NCBI GenBank assembly: GCA_964035575.1
Contig: OZ037842.1
Coordinates: 1,054,001 to 1,118,000, forward strand
DNA: 64,000 bases
Reading direction: 5' to 3'
Source: Rhynchopus sp. YZ270_cl-10
Taxonomy: Eukaryota
Shown: positions 1-10,165 of the stretch, piece after piece
Layout: each line of letters starts with the position of its first letter
Position numbering within the stretch: position 1 is the first letter of the stretch
Position numbers and translations under genes: made by a program
Notes under the pieces: generated by a model
Seen by the model: the letters and a program-made list of their open reading frames with translations, nothing else
The model's database searches: none
What the model was told of the DNA's origin: nothing

Positions 1-212
1 GGGGGGTCAGTTTTTTCAGCTGGGTTTGAGGTGTTTCCTCGGCGTGGTGTAAAAAGCTATACATTTACACCGTACCCAAAAAATTTTTCGCCTGCGGCGC
101 CATTTTTTTTTTGTTTTTTTTGCTCCGCAAAAAAATAAAAATATACAGTTCACTATGTTCCCTGGTCGTGCTGAAAAAAAAAATTGGGCAAAAAAACAAA
201 CTGACCCCCCCC
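1..212. mobile_element. Possible small inverted-repeat (MITE-like) element, perhaps truncated by the window edge
   Basis: GGGGGGTCAGTTT (1-13) is the reverse complement of AAACTGACCCCCC (198-210). The interior is AT-rich with a CGCCTGCGGCG mini-hairpin. The left flank is outside the window, so no TSD can be checked. Confidence 0.35.
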
Positions 213-323
213 AAACTTAAAATCTGGATTCCTGGATAAGACACTGAATGACATCAATAAAAAAAAAATCGGTCAGAAATATGGAGTAGAAGTTGTATGA
301 ACAGCTTGAGAGAGGAACAAAAA

Positions 324-403
324 ATAGTGAAAACCAGTGAAAAGCAGTGAAAACAGTCAAAATCAGTCAAAACCAGTGAAAAACAGTGAAAAGGAGGTGA
401 AAG
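324..403. repeat. Degenerate ~10-bp tandem array (AAAACAGTGA-like)
   Basis: About 8 units such as aaaccagtga/aaagcagtga/aaacagtcaa. They resemble the reverse complement of the TTTTCAC-containing units at 40290-40770. Confidence 0.6.
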
Positions 404-1794
404 TCCTGTTGGTGTGAGGGTGGCTGTGTTACGAATGGGAGGTCGTGCGACCCCGCAATTGCTTTATTTTTGCTCATATGTGACAAATAACATATTTTTG
501 ACATTTTTTGGGGTCTTGGTTGGGCCTTGGGCACCAACCCAAAAACCAGACAATAACATCAACTTTCAGTGTTCGGGGAGGACAATCCCTGGCGCTGCCT
601 ACCAAATATGTGGTTGTTTTTTTCTCCCGAAAACATGTTTTTTGGAACGTTTCGTGACAAATCTTTTCAACAAAAAAAAAAAAATCGATCAAAAAGTCCA
701 AAAAAAAATTTTGTTTACTGGTGTTCTTCATAAAATCCCCCAAAAAAACAACCCCTGTACGGGTTGCTGGTTGGCTAAGGGTTAAGGGGATGTGTGTGTT
801 CATATTCTCAAGTTTTTTCTTTGTGTTACTTCGGCGCAAATAGAAGAAACGGGGGGGTTTTTTTAAACGAAAACGGTCTGCCTAAGATGGTATCTTATTA
901 GAAAAAAAAATATACAATGTCCATACATTCAGCGTTATATTAAATGAAATAACGTTATCATTTGACATAATCTTCCCATCTATGTGTGCTACCCTTTATC
1001 TCCTAGCTTCCTTTTATGGGGTTTCCTTCTTGCGAAGCCCTCTGAATAAAAGGTCAATAAACAAACACAAACGAAACCACCATTAAATATGGTCGCAAGA
1101 TTTTTTTTTTAAGAGCCAAAAAAACATTGCTCCGCAACAGAATTTTTATACGATAGCGTCGGGGCTGTATTAAGCAAGAGATAGGACCCATCTTACCAAC
1201 CTTTTTCTCCTTTTTTTCCCCTCGGCAACACATTGTTGGAATTAGTGTACTCAGCACCTGGTTGCAGGCCGTCACTTTTTTCCTCCATATTTCTAGCACC
1301 CAACGTGTGTTTGCAAAGCAAACGAACAAATAAAATGTACCGCCAAAAAACGAACGTCCGACAGATCATAACTATTCCAACATTTGTTTTCTATTCTGCC
1401 TTCGACAACAACAACGATACTATCCGCAAAACATGCACAGGCGACTGCACAATTTTAAAAAAGCCCCCCTTTTTAGATTTAAATTTCTACTTTACCCCCC
1501 AACCACACACCACCCCTCATACCGGAACGGATACAAACAAAACAGCACCATTCTTTCACTTTCTGAGCTGTTAGCGCTGAGCGCACTGGACCCCCCTATT
1601 CCATCCCAGCTTCCTTTAACATCTTCTGGTGTAAGCTGCAGTACTACCAACATGCGTTAGGCCTTCTCTTTGCGCAAACTGCCTTGAGGTAATTGCATCA
1701 TACTGCAAGCCTCACGAACGCAGTGTCCTCTCTCTCTCTCTCTCTCTTTCTCCTCTCCCTTCATCCTCCATGCAGCGTGGGATAGACAAATGCA

Positions 1795-2601
1795 ATGCTT
1801 CGTGCAGCGAACCCCCTTCTGCGGTGCCCCTATGCGATATTAGGCATTGCAAAAGGGGACGACGTGGCTGCGAAAACACGCTTTCGAGAGTTAGCTTTGA
1901 AGCACCACCCTGACCGGGGTGGGGACGAGCAAACCTTCATCCGCGTCAAACAGGCCTATGAGTCGATAGTCACAGGAGTTCCCACGATTGTCCCCACTGC
2001 ACGCCCCGCAGCACCGTATTACCGTGCAACCGTACGCGATGAGCACACAATCCTCGACCTCCGTTCCCTCCCGGAGAGCACCTTTCTCTACAAGAACATG
2101 GTAACCCATCGGAGTCGTGCAACCACACCCCTCCGCAGGGGCATGCTTCTCTATGCCACCAAGGGTGCGGGGCCACGCTTTGCCAGGTGTGTCTTGGTGC
2201 TGGCAGAGGTGAGTGCGCGAGGGGGTACGATCGGCTATGTCGTGAACAAGCCTGTTGGGGAGGGGTGGTGGGGTGGGCCGAATGGGCATCGTGGGCATTC
2301 AGTGCTGATGCACAAGAGCACTGCGTTTGCTGCACGCGAGGAGTTCACAACGCGCGAGGCTGCGGGGCTGTACTTTGACACTGCAGTGCAAGCGGCGAAG
2401 GTGTCCCACCTCCAGAACACCCCACACTTCAAGGTGATCTCCGGCTACTGCGGGTGGCTTCCAGGTGCACTAGAAAAAATTATTCGCCGTGGTGCCTGGC
2501 GGGTACTAGACACATCGCAAGACAACCCAGATTGGCTTGTCACCCTCCCGCATGACGAGGTATATTCTCATGCGGAGACGCTCAAAGTGAAGCAGATTTG
2601 A
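1795..2601 (+). CDS. J-domain (DnaJ) protein fused to a C-terminal DUF179/YqgE/AlgH-like domain
   Basis: J-domain: PYAILGI...FRELALKHHPDRGGD..F..VKQAYE (HPD motif). DUF179 pattern: F.R.VLVLAE..GTIGYVVNKP...WGGP...FKVISGYCGW..G.LE..I..GAW. The N-terminus MLRAAN resembles a mitochondrial presequence. Confidence 0.85.
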   Translation: MLRAANPLLRCPYAILGIAKGDDVAAKTRFRELALKHHPDRGGDEQTFIRVKQAYESIVTGVPTIVPTARPAAPYYRATVRDEHTILDLRSLPESTFLYKNMVTHRSRATTPLRRGMLLYATKGAGPRFARCVLVLAEVSARGGTIGYVVNKPVGEGWWGGPNGHRGHSVLMHKSTAFAAREEFTTREAAGLYFDTAVQAAKVSHLQNTPHFKVISGYCGWLPGALEKIIRRGAWRVLDTSQDNPDWLVTLPHDEVYSHAETLKVKQI

Positions 2602-2799
2602 GGGGGCGTAAAGGTTGTCTTTGCCATATTATGACATTGTGTGTGTCAATACAAAACGTAACGACAAAAAGTCTAGCCTCTGGGGGTTGCGTGCACTCTC
2701 TGGTGTCGAAAGGAAAACAAAGCTTCGTTTTTTCCCCTCTCCCGATTATCCATTCCCCACATCACATCACACATCACATTGCAGCGATATTCTACAAAG

Positions 2800-3858
2800 A
2801 TGGACGTGTGTTGCATTCTGGACGCGACGGGTGATTCTCAGATGGTGGAGACGCCCTGCGATGCTACTGTCGGTGCTGTGAAGGAGGTTGCGTGCGAGGC
2901 GTTCAAGGTCCAGAGCAGGGCACTGCAGGTTTGTGTGTATGCAGAGGGGGACAAGATGCCTCTGGACGATGAGAGTGCCTTGAGGGATACGCCGTTCGAT
3001 GGCGAAGTGTATCTGTGTCAACGGGCGGTGAATGTGCTCTGCCCGCATCAGTACCCGCTCAGGGAGCAGTGTCGGACCTTTGCAATCTCTGCCGACGGTG
3101 GTGTCTGTATGCTGCCTCTCAACAACGGCGTGCGCCTCATCAACACAGAGAACTTCGAGACTGTCAGAGTCCTCAACCCGAACTGCAAGCGCCGTTCCGT
3201 CGCTATCTCCCCTTTCGCACAATGGGCATACTTCTCAGAAGGCATCTGCGGCCTTGCACAGGTAGATATGGATGGGAAAGTGCGCAACCGTGCCCGCGAG
3301 ACGTCCCTCGAGGTCATCACAAACGAAAAGTACCTGGTATCACGCCACCTGAACGGTGCGAACGTCTACACGCTGGACGATCTGCAGCTGACACAGCAGT
3401 TTACCGTAGAGGGTGAGTGCAGAGGTGTGTCCACCTCGCCTAACGGGAAGTACCTCGCACTGTGCACAGCCAATGAGTGTGTTGTGTACGAGGTCGAGCC
3501 GAACAGAAAGCTCTGGAGTGTGTCCACTGTTGTTCCCGTAACCGCCATCGCCCTGTCGCCTTGTGGACAAATGGTGGCAGTGGCATCCAACACTGTTGTC
3601 CGCATTATGCACAGAGATGGAGATAGCCCCCAGGCCATACCCGAGTCCATGCCGTCCGGAGCGTTGGCCTTCAGTCCATGTGGCAGACGTCTCGTGTGCG
3701 CTGGGACCTGGGACATTGCCCAGATCGACGTGGACACAAGAGATGTAGTTAAGCGCTCGGGTTCGCACGGAGCCATTCGTGGCATTGCCGTGTCGTCGTG
3801 CTCCACCAAGCTTTTCATCCTTGGCTCGGCGCTTAAAACAGAGTTTCTCGCCCTGTAG
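2800..3858 (+). CDS. Ubiquitin-like N-terminal domain plus WD40-like beta-propeller protein (paralog 1)
   Basis: First ATG at 2800 (the ORF track starts at a TTG). TVGAVKEVAC...LDDESALRD is Ubl-like. Repeated blades AISADG, SPNGKYLA, ALSPCGQMVAV, AFSPCGRRLV. Clear similarity to 50176-51279. Confidence 0.75.
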   Translation: MDVCCILDATGDSQMVETPCDATVGAVKEVACEAFKVQSRALQVCVYAEGDKMPLDDESALRDTPFDGEVYLCQRAVNVLCPHQYPLREQCRTFAISADGGVCMLPLNNGVRLINTENFETVRVLNPNCKRRSVAISPFAQWAYFSEGICGLAQVDMDGKVRNRARETSLEVITNEKYLVSRHLNGANVYTLDDLQLTQQFTVEGECRGVSTSPNGKYLALCTANECVVYEVEPNRKLWSVSTVVPVTAIALSPCGQMVAVASNTVVRIMHRDGDSPQAIPESMPSGALAFSPCGRRLVCAGTWDIAQIDVDTRDVVKRSGSHGAIRGIAVSSCSTKLFILGSALKTEFLAL

Positions 3859-4140
3859 CAACATCCGTTTGTTCTAAAGACATTTGTTCTGGTAGTTTTT
3901 CTATCCCAAACTCCAGGACAAAAAACAAAACCCCGATGTTCCCAATGGTATCAGGTTACTAACGTTTCTCACAAGATGTATGCTTATGAGGCGAACATTT
4001 TCATTATGTTAAAATATTTTTTCGCCTTTCTTTTTGCGTTTTCATTTTTTTTTCTCAGGTTGGGGGAAATGTCATTATCCCGGACCACCCCCTCTGTGCA
4101 AATCCGTATAGTTGATACTGTGCGATAAGGATTGTGATCA

Positions 4141-4172
4141 AGGTGACTATGCACGAGAGGCTTAGGTCATCT
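4141..4172 (+). repeat. Short dispersed hairpin motif, family A, copy 1
   Basis: aggtgactatgcacgagaggcttaggtcatct; similar copies at 25956, 32268 and 38471. Confidence 0.55.
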
Positions 4173-4269
4173 CATAACCCCCCCCTTTTTTTTCCTACAT
4201 CACACAGGATTCGCGTCCCTGTGTTTGCAATGATCCCCGTTCATCTGATGAGTGGAAGCGGAGTAGCAC

Positions 4270-4395
4270 ATATCAGACGAAATGGATTGTAGGACTGCAT
4301 GGTTGGGTGTCCACCCCCCCCCCCCCCCGGTACACCCGATCATACCAAAGGTACACTGTTCACTAGAGGGCTTTGTATTTCAACTCTACTTTTTT
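4270..4395 (+). repeat. Dispersed ~120-bp repeat, family B, copy 1
   Basis: acgaaatgga..ggactgcatggttgggtgtccac..ggtacactgttcac.agagggctttgtatttcaactctac is shared with 59964-60072 and, more degenerately, with 44772-44866. Confidence 0.8.
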
Positions 4396-4905
4396 TTTAT
4401 CGCGGAGAACCGGTGCCTCCTGCGTCTGATGAACGGCGAGGCATTTGCACTTTCAACTTCTCTTTTATATGTCATTTTTGATTTCTGTTTCTGCTAGCGC
4501 AATTGTGAGCCCCTACCACACCTAACCCTCCCTATGGGGATGCTCTATGCGCTATATGGAGAAAGTAGAATACCCTTGCCTTCTGTTCACCTACGAAAAA
4601 AAAAAACAAATGAAACGAGAGCATCCTTGTCTGCACTAAACCAACCACCTTTTGTTGTGCACAAAAAAACGCATCACATTGATGTATTTTTTTTTGTAAA
4701 CATAGTGGCGTGGGCAACCCGGATCTCCCCAGGAGAAGAAAAAAAAATACACACAGCCTCTCCCGCCCCCCCCTTCGAAACCACTCTTACAATGGTTCAC
4801 CAACGACAAAGCTATGATTATTACGTCAATTTTTATGCCAACCATTCAATCCACCCCCATCATTTCCTCCACAGAAAACATCCCTCCCCCCATTTTTTTT
4901 CCACA

Positions 4906-6057
4906 ATGCATTTGCATCAGCGGGCAAGCGTACAGAACATCCCTAAGAAGGGAAAGGGGGTGGTCGCTGTGGGGGACATCCCGAGGGGGGCATTGATACT
5001 GCAAGAGGAGGCGTTGGAAGTGGTGAAGGGTGGGGTGAGTAAGGACAAAGGGTTGTTGGTGAACCATTTGCTGCAGAATGTGCATCAGTTGGCGTTGCGC
5101 AACCCTGCCGCGAGGGAGATAATTTTTTCGATGTACCCAGATGCAGCAACCAGCAAGACCGACTTCAAATTTCGAGACCCAAACGAAAAACGCCCCGAAG
5201 ACACAAACTACCCACAGCCTCTCGTCGATGAGCTCAACCATCTGCACAACATTCTCTCCTGCAACGCCTTTCTCCTGGAAGATCTGACCGGATGCGAGGA
5301 AATGTGTTTCGCCCTCTTCCCCACCACTGCTCGCTTCAACCACTCCTGCATTCCGAACTGCAGCTATTATTTCAAAGGGAGGGACATATTTGTTCGCGCC
5401 ATCGTCGACATCCCCAAAGGAGCGGAACTGACGATCACCTACACAGGAGGGTACTTCAGCAAGAACAAAAGGGTGCGGTATCTCTCTGATGGCTACAACT
5501 TTAGATGCGACTGCACGCGGTGCTCGCGGCAGAGCGAGACGGATGTGGTGTTGGATGCTCTGTGCTGCGATACCCCTGGGTGTGAGGGTTATGTCTCAAC
5601 CGACTTCGTTGGCACCTCACGGTGTGTGACATGCAAGACGGGGCGGTCGAGGGAATGGGTAGAGGGGCGACGCAAGGAGGTGACGCGTTTGGCCAATACA
5701 TACCCCGAACGGAGTGATGTGTTGCAGCTGGTGCACCCGAAGAGTGACGATGCATACCAACTGTACTGCAGGCTCATGAGCGCAATGCAGCGCCACCTTA
5801 CGCTTGGCACCCTGCAGGCAGACACCCGCAGGATAGGCATCGCTGCGGCAAAGAAACGCCTCGCTTGCATCCAAACCATGATCGGCTGCGAAGAAGAAGC
5901 CCTCCTCACTACCGTCAAAATCGCAGCCTTCTGCGAACCAGAAGAAAGCCTTGCATTCCAAGCAAAGGCATCAAAGATGTGCGAAACCCTCCGCGGAGAC
6001 AGCGACTACGCAAAACACTTCCCCGGATGGGCTCAAAGAGTCCAGAGAGTCCGTTGA
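4906..6057 (+). CDS. SET-domain protein (SMYD-like lysine methyltransferase)
   Basis: KGKGVVAVGDIPRG, ARFNHSCIPNC, ELTITY, and post-SET F.CDCTRC. The ATG at 4906 follows a pyrimidine tract; the upstream in-frame extension looks non-coding. Confidence 0.9.
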   Translation: MHLHQRASVQNIPKKGKGVVAVGDIPRGALILQEEALEVVKGGVSKDKGLLVNHLLQNVHQLALRNPAAREIIFSMYPDAATSKTDFKFRDPNEKRPEDTNYPQPLVDELNHLHNILSCNAFLLEDLTGCEEMCFALFPTTARFNHSCIPNCSYYFKGRDIFVRAIVDIPKGAELTITYTGGYFSKNKRVRYLSDGYNFRCDCTRCSRQSETDVVLDALCCDTPGCEGYVSTDFVGTSRCVTCKTGRSREWVEGRRKEVTRLANTYPERSDVLQLVHPKSDDAYQLYCRLMSAMQRHLTLGTLQADTRRIGIAAAKKRLACIQTMIGCEEEALLTTVKIAAFCEPEESLAFQAKASKMCETLRGDSDYAKHFPGWAQRVQRVR

Positions 6058-6163
6058 GGTCACCCCCCAAAAAAACCCAAAGATTTATTTAGATTGAGAC
6101 AAAAAAATGAACATCGTTTTTTCTTTCTCCTCCTTCCCAACCCAGTGTTTTCCCTTTAGGAAA

Positions 6164-7321
6164 ATGCACACCAAAAATGTTCTTTTCCTGGGGCTTGTAG
6201 TGCGCATCGTGGTGCTGTGGTATGGTGTGTGGCATGACAGCGCACTGCCGGTGAGGTACACGGATGTGGATTATGATGTGTTTTCTGATGCGGCGTGCAG
6301 TGTTTATGAGGGTGGATCGCCTTATGTGCGGCAGACGTACCGGTATCCACCTGTACTTGCATGGGTGATGGTTCCGGGGTGCCTGGGTGGGATGTGGGTT
6401 GTGTTTGGGAAGGTACTCTTCTGTATCTGCGACGTTGGCTGTGCTGCAGTGCTTCTCTGGATGTGTTTGCCCACATACCATCGTCATGTTCACCTGCTCT
6501 GGTTGTTCAACCCAGTCATAATCAACATCTCCACCCGTGGTAACGCAGACTCTCTTGTCCTGCTTCCCATCCTCCTCGCATTAGCTGCGCATATTAAATC
6601 CAACACCGATGAAGGCAGCCACACGGCCCGCATCAGTGCAGGCATATCTCTCGCCTTCGCAGTGCACATCCGTCTCTTCCCAGTCATCTTCTTGCCCTCT
6701 ATCGGCATGGAGGTGCTGCGTCCAGCAGCCACAAGGCAGTGGTCAAAGGTTGTGACCAGGGGGTTAGGGTTTGGGCTGCCGTTCGTGGCCGTGTTGTCAG
6801 GGTTGACGTACGCCAGCTTCGCGCTGTACGGAGAGGAGTACCTCGAGAACGCTTACAAATACCACTATGGGAGAGTCGACCACAGACACAACCTGAGTCC
6901 TTACTTCCTGCCGGCGTACGTGGGTGGGGAGGTGTGGGGTGGGTTTGGCCCGCAGCTGCTTGCCCTGCTTGCAGTCTCGCTGCGGTTCTTTAGAGAGCCT
7001 GCGTACTGCTGGTTCCTGTGCACGACGGTCTTTGTGACACTGAACAAGGTGGCCACAGTGCAGTACTTCGCATGGTACCTTGGGCTGCTTCCACCCGCAC
7101 TGCGGCACTTCAGTGTGCCATTTGGCATCGGGTGTGGGCTAGTCACCCTCTGGGTCGCTACTCTCGCGTACTGGTTGTACAACGCACACAAGCTAGAGTT
7201 CAGAGGCAAGCCTGTCTTCGAGGACGTCTGGCACGCATCGCTGCTCTTCCTTGCTGCTAACACCCTTTGCGTGGTCTCTGCCATCGTGTACCACACGAAG
7301 GACAAGACCAAGGGGGATTGA
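6164..7321 (+). CDS. PIGM: GPI mannosyltransferase I
   Basis: VRYTDVDYDVFSDAA, GSPYVRQTYRYPP, NISTRGNADS, YHYGRVDHRHNLSPYF, NKVATVQYFAWY; multi-pass membrane protein. ATG lies just after TTTAG. Confidence 0.95.
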   Translation: MHTKNVLFLGLVVRIVVLWYGVWHDSALPVRYTDVDYDVFSDAACSVYEGGSPYVRQTYRYPPVLAWVMVPGCLGGMWVVFGKVLFCICDVGCAAVLLWMCLPTYHRHVHLLWLFNPVIINISTRGNADSLVLLPILLALAAHIKSNTDEGSHTARISAGISLAFAVHIRLFPVIFLPSIGMEVLRPAATRQWSKVVTRGLGFGLPFVAVLSGLTYASFALYGEEYLENAYKYHYGRVDHRHNLSPYFLPAYVGGEVWGGFGPQLLALLAVSLRFFREPAYCWFLCTTVFVTLNKVATVQYFAWYLGLLPPALRHFSVPFGIGCGLVTLWVATLAYWLYNAHKLEFRGKPVFEDVWHASLLFLAANTLCVVSAIVYHTKDKTKGD

Positions 7322-7465
7322 TTATTACTGGGGGTTGGGTGGAGGGGTAATAGACTTTGGGTCCTTTTTGCAAAGTTCCGGCCTTTTAACCGCGATAACG
7401 AATGAGATGTTTTCTTTCCCCTCTACTTTCCAACCCACCTCACCCACACCACACCCCAGGAGAAT

Positions 7466-9617
7466 ATGTTGCCTTCTGGTGCACGTATCACGCCAGGACG
7501 ACACAGCGGTGTGAACGCGGTGGACCCTTTTGACGTGTCGTATCACACCTTGGTTGGGGCTGTGCCTGCAGAGCGGCCTCCGGACCACATGGCCACTGAG
7601 CGTGCTGGGCACACGGGGCCGAGTTGGATCGATACACAAGCGCCGGATGTGCACCCGATGCCTCTGGCGGTAGACATGATGGAGGGCAGCCACGACGTGT
7701 CGATGGGCTCTCGCAGGATGAGCAGAAGCGCCCTCCGCCCCGACAGCCACGACGTGTCGTGTGTGGAGCGTCTGGCCGGCATAGAGGCATCGTCGTTGGG
7801 GCCCTGGTTCGAAGCCCTCCAGAACGTCGTGTTGATGTTGTACAGGGACCACCAGAAGCTGCGCTCGCAGCTTGGCATGGATCAGGCAGAAGACCTGGAG
7901 CGTCTGAACTACCAGCGCACAGCAGAGCGCAAGGCAGTGCCCTTAACGGCGCAGGTCGCTGACCTGCAGAGAATGGTGCTACGTTCGGAGAACGCACGCA
8001 AGGCAGCGATGATGATGGATATGATGAAAGGGTCCGGCAAGCCGTTGATGCAGCGCTGCTACACTCGCTGGTTGTACTACGCACGCAGACGCAGTGTGGC
8101 AAGCACGCTGCTCTCTGGGAACAAGACTGTGATGTTGCGGAAGTACTACCGCCGCCTCTGCCACTTCGGGAAGAGCTCCGGCGCCGCCCGCCGCAAGCTG
8201 CGAGCAACAGAGATGCTGCTGTCGAACACAACACGTGGCGTGCGTCTAGCGTTCTTCCACAAATGGCGTCGCTACGTTGCTAAGAATAACCGCCGCAACC
8301 CCCTTGCACGCAGCCTTGCCTTCATGAACGGAAAGGCCTTTGTGCGCAGATACTACGCAAAGCTGCGTGCCTTCCCACGACAGGCGCACCTGAAGAAGAA
8401 GCGCTGGGAGTCGCTCGTCTTCCTTGGACGTCTCTCACGCAAGGGCCTTGCACGCGAAATGTACAGGAAGCTGAACCTCTACCGCCTGGAGAAGAAGAAT
8501 TGGGTGGCGCCACACAACCATGTCGTCTTGGGGGATAAGTACGACAGCCGCCAGGCTGTGTCGCACGCCCTCGCAACGACAAACGGCAACATGTTGCGCC
8601 TGATCTTCTTCCGCAAATGGAAGAAGTGGCGATGGGCCCTGAAGAGGGGCGGTGTGGCAGGGACGATGGCAGTACTGCGGCACAGAGACCTGCTCAACAA
8701 GTATGTGACCAGACTGCGCAAGCATGGTGACCACTCACGGCATGAGAAGGAGATGAAAGCACTTCAGCGTCGTGTGGAGAGTCTTGAACGGCAGATGATG
8801 GGGCAGCAACGTGAGCAACGTGCACCGCCGCAGGAGCCACCCAACATTAACTCAGTGCGGCAGCTTTCACCAAGCAGGAGTCGGCAGAGTAACGACGTTA
8901 TGAACGCAATGAACGCGATGAACGCGCCGCAGTCCTTCCCCAGAGCGAGCGTGCAGCCCATCCCCTCGCCCATGACCTATGCAGGCACACCTTCGTCCAC
9001 CCCACATACGCACCAGACACAGACACCACACACACATGCTCGACAGCCCCATGCACCACCATCAGTTGCACATACACAGCACACACCGCATCACGCACAC
9101 CCACATCAACCTATGCCACAACCACCGGACATAGCGAAATTGGTATGACACAATTTGACAAATTGCAGTTTCTCCACAACACCCGATTTCACATTCAAAA
9201 TATCAGATGTAATATCAACGTGACTAAACACTCAAAAGTTAGGGTCACCCATTTATATAGGTTGTACTAAATTCTAGTCTAATATTGCGAATTTGGCCCA
9301 ACTTTACTTATGGTGTATATTTGGCCACATTACGATGAATGTGGCCAAACTCATCAACGGCACATCACATCAAAGGGACATATTCTGCGCAAGAATTACC
9401 CTCAGGCATCAACCACACCACATCACTACAGGATGTAATGCTGGGGAGAATCGAGCACAGTATCTACAACGACGACGACCCACACCTGCCTCACCCCCTT
9501 CCAGCAGAGGCATCTCGGCCACGTGCTTCTTCTACCAAACCCAGGGAAGCGCCGAACACCCGCAGAGCTTATGTAGAACCGTCCTACGCAGGCTGGGATA
9601 TGAAAGCCACGATATGA
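7466..9617 (+). CDS. Hypothetical helical/coiled-coil protein with basic aromatic repeats; exons 7466-9142 and 9432-9617
   Basis: 560-aa ORF with recurring L.R.YY..L/W motifs. The intron 9143 (GTATGA) to 9431 (CAG) joins in frame: DIAKL|DVMLGRIEHS. Confidence 0.7.
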
Positions 9618-10165
9618 AGCAACCATTTTGGTTTGTAAGGTGAAGTGTGGTTGCAGCTCTTTTTTCTTTTTTTTTGATCCGTTGGCCGGAGGGGTAGATG
9701 TGACTGCATGAGCAACTTTCATTTTTTTTTTTTCTTTTTCCAATCGCTCCACTGAGACCCAAAAAAACAAGCTCCCATGTGTGGGTGATACAATCTCTCC
9801 CTATCTCCGTGCGTTTTGATATTGCTCATTTTGCGCTGCATCGCGGTGTATCTGATTCATTAAAGATGTGTGTGCACTGTGAGGCACATTTCATCTTTTT
9901 GACTTTTCTTTCTCTCCACAGACTTATGCCAACTCACCTTCCCCCCCTCCCCGCAAATCCCTTTCCCCTAGATACACATGTATTCGACCTAGAGAAAAAA
10001 AAAAAGTCCTTTTTTTAAAGTTTTTGATCCTTCCCCTTCTTCCCCTACACTTTACCTCCATTAGGGGCCATTGCAGGCCGGAGTCGCACCTTACTATTGA
10101 GGTGGCGTTTGTGGTGAGTGTGGATCGGTGATTTCCCCCCCCCCCCTTTTTCTTTTTTTCACACA

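Noticed and set aside
4534..4905. N-terminal extensions in the ORF track (also 35681, 41076, 56049, 58411, 62610)
   Set aside because: They run through poly-A/T and polypyrimidine non-coding or intronic sequence; downstream ATGs or splice sites fit the domains better
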